From an uncultured Nitrospirales bacterium (GTDB taxonomy: Bacteria > UBA10199 > JADGCS01), in assembly GCA_964609965.1 (NCBI GenBank), contig CAZSTS010000011.1, forward strand, positions 5,099 to 69,098: 64,000 nucleotides of DNA, given 5' to 3'. A model generated the notes under the pieces. The model did no database searches, was not told the DNA's origin, and was given only the letters and a program-made list of their open reading frames with translations. Every line of letters starts with the position of its first letter. The stretch's first letter is position 1. Shown in pieces: positions 20,920-28,369 of this stretch. A program made the translations under genes and the position numbers.

Positions 20920-22644
20920 TTACCATCGTCCACTAACTCCAACGCCTACACCAAGCCCCTGTGGGCCAGGCTCAATCCCTGGCATTCCAGTTTGCAGACC
21001 AGGCATATCAGGACCAAAACTAGGAATTCCACTTGCCGCTCTTGGCATTCCAAGCTCAAGATTTAGATCTGAAATCTTCCATCGATTTGGACCTCCTGTT
21101 GCTCTAGGATCAAAATTTTCATTAATACCATCAAGTATTCTTCCCACTTTTGTGTTGCTTATCAACGCCCCCAAAAGAGCTCCTAAAAGATACGCGCCCC
21201 AGTTAAGAGCGTAATCACCCCAGACTTCATCGCTCATCTCTGAAGCCACTGCTGTACTTACCGTGTTAGCTGTCCAACCCACAACAGGAGCGGCCACAAG
21301 ACCAACTCTTTCTGCAGTGTCTAAGGACTCCCAATCTTTTATTTGATCAATAAGCCAATAACCACCTCTCATGGCCGGGATAATGTTTACTACAGGCAGC
21401 AAACCGCTGAACATGCCCGCTACTTCAGAATTTCCATCATCAAGATTTACAGAATCTAATAAACCCATGGCTAGAGGAGCAAAAATACCCACACTGAAGA
21501 AAGCGTTGTGAGCTGTATAAAAAGCAATCATCTCTGGATCATTTGTAGAAATAGCCTCTAGTGCTCCCAAACCAAAACCCCCAACTGACATTGCTATATT
21601 TTCTCCTGTGAGCGGACTTCCTTCACCACGAGGATTAGGGTTAACATTAGCTGCAGCCGCCATACCAAATTGAGCTGGAATCATGAGAGCTCCAACAGCA
21701 AGACCTAACCAAGGCTTACCATCGATCTCAAAGGCCTGAACACCTACGAGGTTTCCATTAATCATAGCAGCAAAAGACCAAGCCTGACCTTCTAATTCAA
21801 AAGCAGTGATAGCCCTTGATAGTTCTGATGTTCCTGGTGTGAGTCTTTCTGCAAGATCTTTTTCTGCTTCACCTTCTTCTTCATCGCAAATGCCTAGATC
21901 TTCACAATCAGAATCACCCTCTGTATCTTCTGCTCTTTCTTGAAGCTCTTCACACACCTCTGGATCAACCCCTTCTTCACAAGGGATCACGTTATTCATG
22001 TTATTTGATGTGACTTGCATAGAAGCAGGCAAGGCTGAAAGGCCTGCAAAGGCTAAAGCACCATCTGTAAAACGAATAATCAGCACACCAGGATCACTGC
22101 CATCGTACGTAAGCACAGGATTAGTTGAAACACCCCTTACAATAGAAGCATAACCTAAAGGTCCGGTATATTTCCCCGCAAGATCTGTTGTGAGCTCTCC
22201 CATTTCCATGGCGTAAATTGCTGGGGGATTAAGTGTGCGCATAATCAAACTCAAATCAGCATGACCATACAAGAGTGATTCAGAAACACTCATACCAACA
22301 AGCTCGCCAGGAGTTTCAGCCCATTGACGCGCTAGGTTTGTTGGTACAACATCAAAAGGAATTTTAAAAACTGGCCGATTCATGCCATCATCATCAAGCT
22401 CATATTCTCTAGCATCGACTGAAATCGCGTAGACAAGAATACCAGCATCAGCTGCAACAGAAAAACCAATACCCAGTTTTTCAAAAACAGTAGCAACTTC
22501 TTCTTTAGTTGGGCCTGTGTTTGTGCCAGAAGTCGGGGATGTAGAAGATGCGCGTCGTTCCAAAGCCACATCTAATGAAGTCAACTCAGATGGAGATCTT
22601 TCTGAAACTGGTGCCTGACCGGTTGTTGGGATTAAATCGCTCAT
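20920..22644 (-). CDS. Orphan protein with an S/T/P-rich N-terminus and several Gly-rich hydrophobic segments; no signal peptide
   Basis: Long ORF 6 nt upstream of the giant lipoprotein gene. Start moved to ATG 22644 because the track's TTG start overlaps the promoter element. Confidence 0.75.
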   Translation of the reverse strand: MSDLIPTTGQAPVSERSPSELTSLDVALERRASSTSPTSGTNTGPTKEEVATVFEKLGIGFSVAADAGILVYAISVDAREYELDDDGMNRPVFKIPFDVVPTNLARQWAETPGELVGMSVSESLLYGHADLSLIMRTLNPPAIYAMEMGELTTDLAGKYTGPLGYASIVRGVSTNPVLTYDGSDPGVLIIRFTDGALAFAGLSALPASMQVTSNNMNNVIPCEEGVDPEVCEELQERAEDTEGDSDCEDLGICDEEEGEAEKDLAERLTPGTSELSRAITAFELEGQAWSFAAMINGNLVGVQAFEIDGKPWLGLAVGALMIPAQFGMAAAANVNPNPRGEGSPLTGENIAMSVGGFGLGALEAISTNDPEMIAFYTAHNAFFSVGIFAPLAMGLLDSVNLDDGNSEVAGMFSGLLPVVNIIPAMRGGYWLIDQIKDWESLDTAERVGLVAAPVVGWTANTVSTAVASEMSDEVWGDYALNWGAYLLGALLGALISNTKVGRILDGINENFDPRATGGPNRWKISDLNLELGMPRAASGIPSFGPDMPGLQTGMPGIEPGPQGLGVGVGVSGRW

Positions 22645-22669
22645 AAATACCCTAATTACCTCTGCACTA

Positions 22670-22696
22670 TTATCGGGCAAAGCCCTAATAAGTTGC
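22670..22696 (-). promoter_or_regulatory. Putative sigma28/FliA-WhiG-like promoter of the lipoprotein operon
   Basis: Minus strand GCAACTTA-N11-CCCGATAA, ending 25 nt upstream of ATG 22644. Confidence 0.65.
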
Positions 22697-22798
22697 TTAA
22701 ATCATAGACTTTATGGCGGGGTGCGGCAGACACTCTGCGGGCACTTATTTGCTGTAATATCAAGAACTTGTAGCTATTGAGATTTAGCTTAGTTTTAA

Positions 22799-22843
22799 TA
22801 TAGGTCCTATGGGGCCTATAGGACTTATAAGACCTATATTGGG
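22799..22843. repeat. Quasi-palindromic 9-mer array (TATAGGTCC/GGACCTATA)
   Basis: TATAGGTCC TATGGGGCC TATAGGACT TATAAGACC TATATTGGG; near-copy at 25447-25494. Confidence 0.8.
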
Positions 22844-22935
22844 CTCCGAAGAACCTCATAGCAACCCTACCTTGCACGAACTATAATAATACTCCCCATT
22901 CTCTCCCATATTGAGAAAACCGTTAGATCTTTGAC

Positions 22936-22944
22936 TGTGGATAA
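22936..22944 (-). promoter_or_regulatory. Single consensus DnaA box
   Basis: TGTGGATAA (TTATCCACA on the minus strand) in a divergent intergenic region; could be a chance match. Confidence 0.3.
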
Positions 22945-23007
22945 CCATATAAATTCGCGCACTTGCCTAATATCACCCACTTAGAGAGGCCATTTTCCAA
23001 TCAGCTT

Positions 23008-23023
23008 TGGCACTATGTTTGCT
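23008..23023 (+). promoter_or_regulatory. Sigma54 (-24/-12) promoter
   Basis: TGGCACTATGTTTGCT with exact GG-N10-GC spacing, ~100 nt upstream of ATG 23125. Confidence 0.7.
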
Positions 23024-23124
23024 TGTTAGAAATGTAGAAAGAAGACAACCCAAGTTAAGGGCTGTCATAAATGCCACGCCAGATTTTCTGTCAATCTGGC
23101 AAGGCAAAAACAAAGGCATAAATT

Positions 23125-23631
23125 ATGAGCAAAGGCATCATAGACATTCTCTACAATCCTGGATCTGTCAGCACACCAGGAACAGGGACGCAAACCGAAG
23201 CTTTTACAGACACGGTTACTTGTTATGATGATAAAGCAAGCCAGCTTAGTTTTAATGAAATGGATAGTGAGTTGCTCAGCAATTTAGAAGAACTTGTTCA
23301 AGCAGGCAACGAGGCTACTGTGAGACAGGCTCTTATTGCATTTAAACAAAAGCTCATTTTTGGCAGTTCATTGGAAATAAGGCCCACGATTTTGAGAGAA
23401 TTTAATAATTATCTCTTTCAGGCCTCTCAAAGATTCCCGCAGTCTCCTGATATTTTTCAAAGTAGTTTAGAAATTATTTTAGAATTTAAACATCAAATGG
23501 ATAAACAAGCTCAAATGCTTGGCCATTTAAGCCAAATCGAGTGGGTAGAATTGGAAAGATCTCTCTACTCTCTTACGGTTTGGGAGGAAGGGTTAGAGCA
23601 GAAACAAGGTTTTTCATTTCTCTCTCCATAA
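23125..23631 (+). CDS. Hypothetical protein (helical, S/T/G-rich N-terminus)
   Basis: 168-aa ORF with an upstream sigma54 site and downstream hairpins. Confidence 0.65.
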   Translation: MSKGIIDILYNPGSVSTPGTGTQTEAFTDTVTCYDDKASQLSFNEMDSELLSNLEELVQAGNEATVRQALIAFKQKLIFGSSLEIRPTILREFNNYLFQASQRFPQSPDIFQSSLEIILEFKHQMDKQAQMLGHLSQIEWVELERSLYSLTVWEEGLEQKQGFSFLSP

Positions 23632-23652
23632 AAAGGGTTAGACCTTTTTAAT

Positions 23653-23715
23653 AAAGACGCGCTCTCAGCAACAAACGTTAGGAGACATCAATGACTTTGG
23701 GAGCGCGTTTTTTTT
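23653..23715 (+). terminator. Long-loop hairpin with T tail (terminator or small RNA)
   Basis: AAAGACGCGCTCTCA - 30-nt loop containing AGGAGA - TGGGAGCGCGTTTT plus T run. Confidence 0.5.
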
Positions 23716-23718
23716 ATT

Positions 23719-23781
23719 TGTAGCTAGTAGTTTGTAGTTTGAAACCTGTGACCCTGTGACCCTGGGAACCCAAGAACCAAT
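23719..23781. repeat. 7/8-nt tandem array after the nuclease stop codon
   Basis: GTAGCTA GTAGTTT GTAGTTT; CCTGTGAC CCTGTGAC CCTGGGAA CCCAAGAA. Confidence 0.7.
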
Positions 23782-24338
23782 TACCTGTTCTTGCTTCTAT
23801 AAAGACATGGAAGAATATTCTTTCCAGCGCCCCAAATCCCTAATCCCTTCTCTTTTGCTTTCTTCTCCGCCTCAACATATTTTACAGGATCATAGTTATA
23901 ATGTTCTAGATAGCGAGGATACTCTGTACAAAAGGGACGGTAATAAGTAGCTAGTCCTTGTTTTATCATGACCAAGGACACATCCTGCTCGTCGACAAAA
24001 ACATGCCCCAAAACACGACCGTATTTATCTAGTCCCTCACCCACCATTTGAATGCGCACTTTCTTATCCTTAATTTCTTTCCTGAGTTGATACGTCGCCC
24101 TCTTGCCATAAGCTTGCTTATATTCAGGGGCATCCATGCCTGCGATTCGAACTCGGACAACATGGCTTCCATTTGTTGCCTCAAACGTATCACCATCAAT
24201 GACTTTTGTGACTGTGTAATAGTTTTGAACAGCCTGACCTACCTTTACTGTTTCATTTTTTTGCACTGATGGAGAGGAACAAGCAATGAATAGAAACAAA
24301 AGAAGGGAAAGAATAAATTTTAATCTTATTGTCTTCAT
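23781..24338 (-). CDS. Thermonuclease (staphylococcal nuclease family) lipoprotein
   Basis: VIDGDT, RIAGMDAPE, DKYGRVLG, A+...GIW; lipobox FIAC from ATG 24338. The track's upstream extension is repeat-derived. Confidence 0.9.
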   Translation of the reverse strand: MKTIRLKFILSLLLFLFIACSSPSVQKNETVKVGQAVQNYYTVTKVIDGDTFEATNGSHVVRVRIAGMDAPEYKQAYGKRATYQLRKEIKDKKVRIQMVGEGLDKYGRVLGHVFVDEQDVSLVMIKQGLATYYRPFCTEYPRYLEHYNYDPVKYVEAEKKAKEKGLGIWGAGKNILPCLYRSKNR

Positions 24339-24397
24339 ATCTAGCATCCAGCATCCTGTAGCCCGAGAACCTGGGAACCAGAGAACCCGAGACCCCA
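24339..24397. repeat. 7/8-nt tandem array before the nuclease start codon
   Basis: ATCTAGC ATCCAGC ATCCTGT; GAGAACCT GGGAACCA GAGAACCC GAGACCCC. Confidence 0.7.
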
Positions 24398-24444
24398 TAA
24401 CATATTTGCCTTTCCCCTCCTAAACAGATATCAACAATCCATCA

Positions 24445-25077
24445 ATGAATAAGCTAAAAGACAAACGGTTACCCAACATTCCCATTCGGTGTCATCATTG
24501 CCGTATGCACATCAACCTTTGTTTCTGTGACCTTCTTTTTAAAAAAGAACTTAACACTAAAGTCACTGTTTTGATGCAGTGGCGCGAGCAAATCATCACA
24601 ACAAATACAGCGCATTTGCTTCCAAAGCTTTTGACGAACGCAGAAATCCGCTTTCACGGCCATGAAAACAGAAAATCCTTGGACATAAAAGACCTGCTCG
24701 AATCTGAGGGAACGCCTTTGCTTCTTTATCCTTTTTCTGGTGCCACAGAATTGAGCCTGGATTATGTTTCGACTTTGAAAAAGCCTATTAAACTCTTTGT
24801 GCCTGATGGTAATTGGCACCAGTCATTAAAAATGATTAAAAGAACACCAGATCTTTTGAGCATGAAAAAAGTCACGCTCCCTCCAGGCCCGCCCTCCTCG
24901 TACAAATTGAGACAAGGCCCTACGCCAGATCACCTCTGTACGTTTGAAGCTATTTCACGCGCGTTAGGGATTATTGAAGGAATTGAAATTCAAAATAGAA
25001 TGGAGAATGTTTTCAAAGTAATGGTGGATCGGGTTTTATGGACCAGGGGAAAAGTAGCTTTGAAGGATATTGCCTAA
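24445..25077 (+). CDS. DTW-domain tRNA-uridine aminocarboxypropyltransferase (TapT/YfiP-like)
   Basis: RCxxC...CxC zinc motif, TNTA, DGNW (DTW-like), LCTFEA. Confidence 0.88.
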   Translation: MNKLKDKRLPNIPIRCHHCRMHINLCFCDLLFKKELNTKVTVLMQWREQIITTNTAHLLPKLLTNAEIRFHGHENRKSLDIKDLLESEGTPLLLYPFSGATELSLDYVSTLKKPIKLFVPDGNWHQSLKMIKRTPDLLSMKKVTLPPGPPSSYKLRQGPTPDHLCTFEAISRALGIIEGIEIQNRMENVFKVMVDRVLWTRGKVALKDIA

Positions 25078-25084
25078 TTTTGGG

Positions 25085-25216
25085 CTAAAAGATTTCATTT
25101 CTCATGCAGAAATCAAGAAAAGTACGATCTTTTGAAAAGATAAGCTTAAGAGCAGCTTTTACACCAAAAGCCTTTAAGACCTGCCAGAAGTTTTGTTTTT
25201 TTATTAAGCCACTCAT
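25085..25216 (-). CDS. Small 43-aa protein (below the ORF-track cutoff)
   Basis: MSGLIKKQNFWQVLKAFGVKAALKLIFSKDRTFLDFCMRNEIF*; amphipathic; immediately downstream of a sigma54 site. Confidence 0.55.
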   Translation of the reverse strand: MSGLIKKQNFWQVLKAFGVKAALKLIFSKDRTFLDFCMRNEIF

Positions 25217-25228
25217 GCCTCTCTAATA

Positions 25229-25244
25229 TGCATAAGCCGTGCCA
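25229..25244 (-). promoter_or_regulatory. Sigma54 (-24/-12) promoter
   Basis: Minus strand TGGCACGGCTTATGCA; IHF-like TAACAACTTGAAAT at 25260-25273 just upstream. Confidence 0.7.
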
Positions 25245-25446
25245 AGCCTGAAAACTTTATAACAACTTGAAATTACTCGATATTTTTAGAAAATAAGCCC
25301 CCTAAACAGAGCACGACTGGGGTATTTTGGAGACATTTAGGGGAAAATACTGGGGGGCGTGTCACTAGCATTATAGCAAGAAATGTTAATGATTTTTTGG
25401 GGTTGCGTCTATTTGTTAAGGCATGTTTGCTATTGTCCTGCCTTGT

Positions 25447-25494
25447 TATAGGTCTTATAGGTCCTATAAGACTTATAGGACCTATATTAGGACC
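25447..25494. repeat. Quasi-palindromic 9-mer array supplying the valS stop codon
   Basis: TATAGGTCT TATAGGTCC TATAAGACT TATAGGACC TATATTAGG; the valS TAA is at 25487-25489. Confidence 0.8.
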
Positions 25495-28369
25495 ACGCAC
25501 TAATTTCTTGCAAAAGACTTCTCAACTTCTCCACCCGTCCTTGGCTGGCTTCAAACGTTGCCCGCTGCTCTTCCACAACTTCTGGTTTAGCATTTTCAAC
25601 GAAGTTTCGGTTTTGAAGCCTTTTGTTGAGCGAAGCAATATGTGAATCGAGCTTTTCAATTTCTTTTTGAAGCCTTGTGGTTTCTGTTGCCACATCAATG
25701 TACTCTGAGATGTCCAAATAGATTTCAAAACTCTTTTCAATGATAGCCACAGTCTTTTTTGGTTTGTCTTTACGGTCTGAAATAATTTGCAAATCTTTCA
25801 AGTATGCCAAACGACAAATCGTAGGCAAAGATTTATCCATCATTTGCTTTGCAGGCTCATCAAGAGCCAAAGCATGGGCTTTAAGTTTTTGTGCTTCTTT
25901 GATGTTATACGCTTTACGCAAAGCCCTGACATCAGAAACAAACTTTTTGAGTCTATCAAAACGTTCTAAGATGATTTTTTCTTTCTTTGAAACAGCTTTC
26001 TTTGGTGGGAAAGCCGCCAGCATAAGAATCTCTGATTTAGGTTTGTCTTTGCCCCACAGATCAAATTTATCTGCCAATGGCAATAACCTGCTCCAAAGCT
26101 CTTCTGTAATATGCGGAACAAGAGGGCATAAGACGGTTAGGGTTTTTGCAAACGCTGTTACCAAACTATGCAAGGCTGTTTTTCTTTGTAGGGGATCATC
26201 AGAAATAAGTCGCACTTTACATTGTTCAATGTACCAGTCACAAAAATCATTCCAAACATATTGATAATAATATTGTCCAAGATTTGTAAAATCGTGGTTA
26301 TCAAAACACTCTCTGATTTTATTGGCTGCCAACTGAGCTCTGGCATGAATCCATCGGTCTTCGTCCGTTAATAGTTTTGAAAAATCTTTTGGTGCATCAC
26401 CACCCTTTTCTTCTTCTTGTTCTATGTACATGAAAATAAACCGCGCTGCATTCCAAAGCTTTGTCATAAAGCGACGGCCTAATTCCTGAAAAGAATCAAG
26501 AGAGACCTTGAGCTGCTGTCCGCTGGAACTTAAGTATACAAGCGTATATCTTAAGGCATCAGCGCCAACACCTTCATACCCATTGGGAAAAGCTTTTTCG
26601 ATGCGACGCAAAATCTCTTTCAGGTTTGAAGGCCTCGCCTCCATCACTGGACCTTCGAGATCCTTTAATGTAGCGCCATCAATAACAACCAAAGGATCAA
26701 TACCATTGCCCTTTGACTTACTCATGGTCTCGCCTCTTTCATCGAGTACAATGGGATTGATAAAAACATTTTTGTAAGGAAGCTTGCCTTCAAAATGTGT
26801 AGCCATCATATTCATGCGCGCTACCCAGAAAAATATGATGTCCTTTCCTGTTACCAGTGTTGAAGTCGGAAAATAGCGTTTAAAATCTGGCGTTTTTTCG
26901 GGCCAACCTAGAGTTGACATGGGCCAAAGTGACGATGAGAACCACGTATCCAAAACATCATCTTCTTGATGCAAATCCGAACTTCCACAATGCGGACACT
27001 TGTCTGGAATTGTCTCGCTAACTATTGGTGGACATTTTGATTCATGTCTTTGACCTTTGACCTTTGACCTTTGACCTTCCCCAAGACAATACCAAACGGG
27101 TATACGATGTCCCCACCAAATTTGACGCGACACACACCAATCACGAATGTTATTTAGCCACTCTAAATAAACTTTATTCCACCGAGGAGGCACAATATTT
27201 AGTTTATCATGCACAGTGAGAACTTTTTTAGCCAACGGCTTCATTTTGACAAACCATTGGTGTGAAAGACGATATTCAATAGCGGCCTTTGAGCGGTAAG
27301 AACGTCCAATAGGTGTCATGCGAGGTTCTTCTTTTTCTAAAAGACTATTTTCTTTTAATTCTTCTACGGCTTTTTTGCGACACGCGTCTCTGTCTAAACC
27401 TTGATAGCGTTCGGGCACAACCTCATTCATAGTCGCGTCTTCATTCATCACATTAATAGGCTCTAAACCATGTCTTGTGCCTACTTCGAAGTCATTGGCA
27501 TCATGAGCTGGTGTGATTTTGAGACAACCTGTGCCAAATTCCATGTCCACGTATTCATCAGCGATCACAGGGATCACACGCTCTTGCAAAGGAAGAATAA
27601 CATTTTTTCCAATGAGTTTTTTATATCTTTTGTCTTCTGGATTGACCGCAACTGCCACATCACCAAACAAAGTTTCGGGCCTTGTTGTAGCTACAACAAC
27701 ATACCCAGAACCATCTGCATGAGGGTATTTAATATGCCATAAAAAGCCAGGCTCGCCACCCTCTTTTGTTTCGACTTCGTCATCAGACAAAGCTGTGCGA
27801 TCGACTGGACACCAGTTGACTATTCGTTTTCCGCGATAGATTAACCCTTCATCGTAGAGAGTCTTAAATGTTTTAGAAACAGCGCGCGACAATCCTTCGT
27901 CCATAGTAAATCGTGTACGGTCCCAATCACAACTACACCCAAGCTTCATAAGCTGCCTGAGAATCATGTCGCCATATTTTTCTTTCCACTCCCAAATTTT
28001 TTCAATAAACTTTTCGCGGCCCAATTCGCGGTAATCAATGCCTTCGGCATCGAGCATTTTTTTCACAACTGTTTGTGTCGCAATTCCAGCGTGATCTGTG
28101 CCAGGCACCCAGAGAGCATCATAGCCATCCATGCGTTTGTATCGAATGAGAATGTCCTGAAAGCCATTATTCAAAGCGTGCCCCATGTGCAGGCGTCCTG
28201 TCACATTAGGCGGAGGAATAGAAATAACATAAGTCCCTTTTTTTGAACGCTCTTTATCAAGAACCTTGCCTTCAGAATCCACAGCAGATTTAAAACAACC
28301 TTTGTCTTGCCACATTTTATAAATGCGCGCTTCAATCTCAGCAAAATTAAAACGTTTCTCTTTTGTCAT
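25487..28369 (-). CDS. valS: Valine--tRNA ligase
   Basis: PPPNVTGRLHMGHA, GTDHAGIATQ, DWCVSRQIWWGH, TMSKS (KMSKS variant), C-terminal coiled coil. Confidence 0.98.
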   Translation of the reverse strand: MTKEKRFNFAEIEARIYKMWQDKGCFKSAVDSEGKVLDKERSKKGTYVISIPPPNVTGRLHMGHALNNGFQDILIRYKRMDGYDALWVPGTDHAGIATQTVVKKMLDAEGIDYRELGREKFIEKIWEWKEKYGDMILRQLMKLGCSCDWDRTRFTMDEGLSRAVSKTFKTLYDEGLIYRGKRIVNWCPVDRTALSDDEVETKEGGEPGFLWHIKYPHADGSGYVVVATTRPETLFGDVAVAVNPEDKRYKKLIGKNVILPLQERVIPVIADEYVDMEFGTGCLKITPAHDANDFEVGTRHGLEPINVMNEDATMNEVVPERYQGLDRDACRKKAVEELKENSLLEKEEPRMTPIGRSYRSKAAIEYRLSHQWFVKMKPLAKKVLTVHDKLNIVPPRWNKVYLEWLNNIRDWCVSRQIWWGHRIPVWYCLGEGQRSKVKGQRHESKCPPIVSETIPDKCPHCGSSDLHQEDDVLDTWFSSSLWPMSTLGWPEKTPDFKRYFPTSTLVTGKDIIFFWVARMNMMATHFEGKLPYKNVFINPIVLDERGETMSKSKGNGIDPLVVIDGATLKDLEGPVMEARPSNLKEILRRIEKAFPNGYEGVGADALRYTLVYLSSSGQQLKVSLDSFQELGRRFMTKLWNAARFIFMYIEQEEEKGGDAPKDFSKLLTDEDRWIHARAQLAANKIRECFDNHDFTNLGQYYYQYVWNDFCDWYIEQCKVRLISDDPLQRKTALHSLVTAFAKTLTVLCPLVPHITEELWSRLLPLADKFDLWGKDKPKSEILMLAAFPPKKAVSKKEKIILERFDRLKKFVSDVRALRKAYNIKEAQKLKAHALALDEPAKQMMDKSLPTICRLAYLKDLQIISDRKDKPKKTVAIIEKSFEIYLDISEYIDVATETTRLQKEIEKLDSHIASLNKRLQNRNFVENAKPEVVEEQRATFEASQGRVEKLRSLLQEISAWS
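27048..27078. repeat. Perfect heptamer array (CTTTGAC x4) inside valS
   Basis: Four exact copies at 27048-27075 encoding GQRSKVKGQR. Confidence 0.9.

Noticed and set aside
23168-23215. c-di-GMP-I riboswitch-like string (GCACAC...GGGACGCAAA)
   Set aside because: It lies inside a CDS, the P2 stem is too short and no P3 is recognisable.
22799-25494. CRISPR array
   Set aside because: The repeats are 9-nt tandem units without unique spacers, and no cas genes are present.
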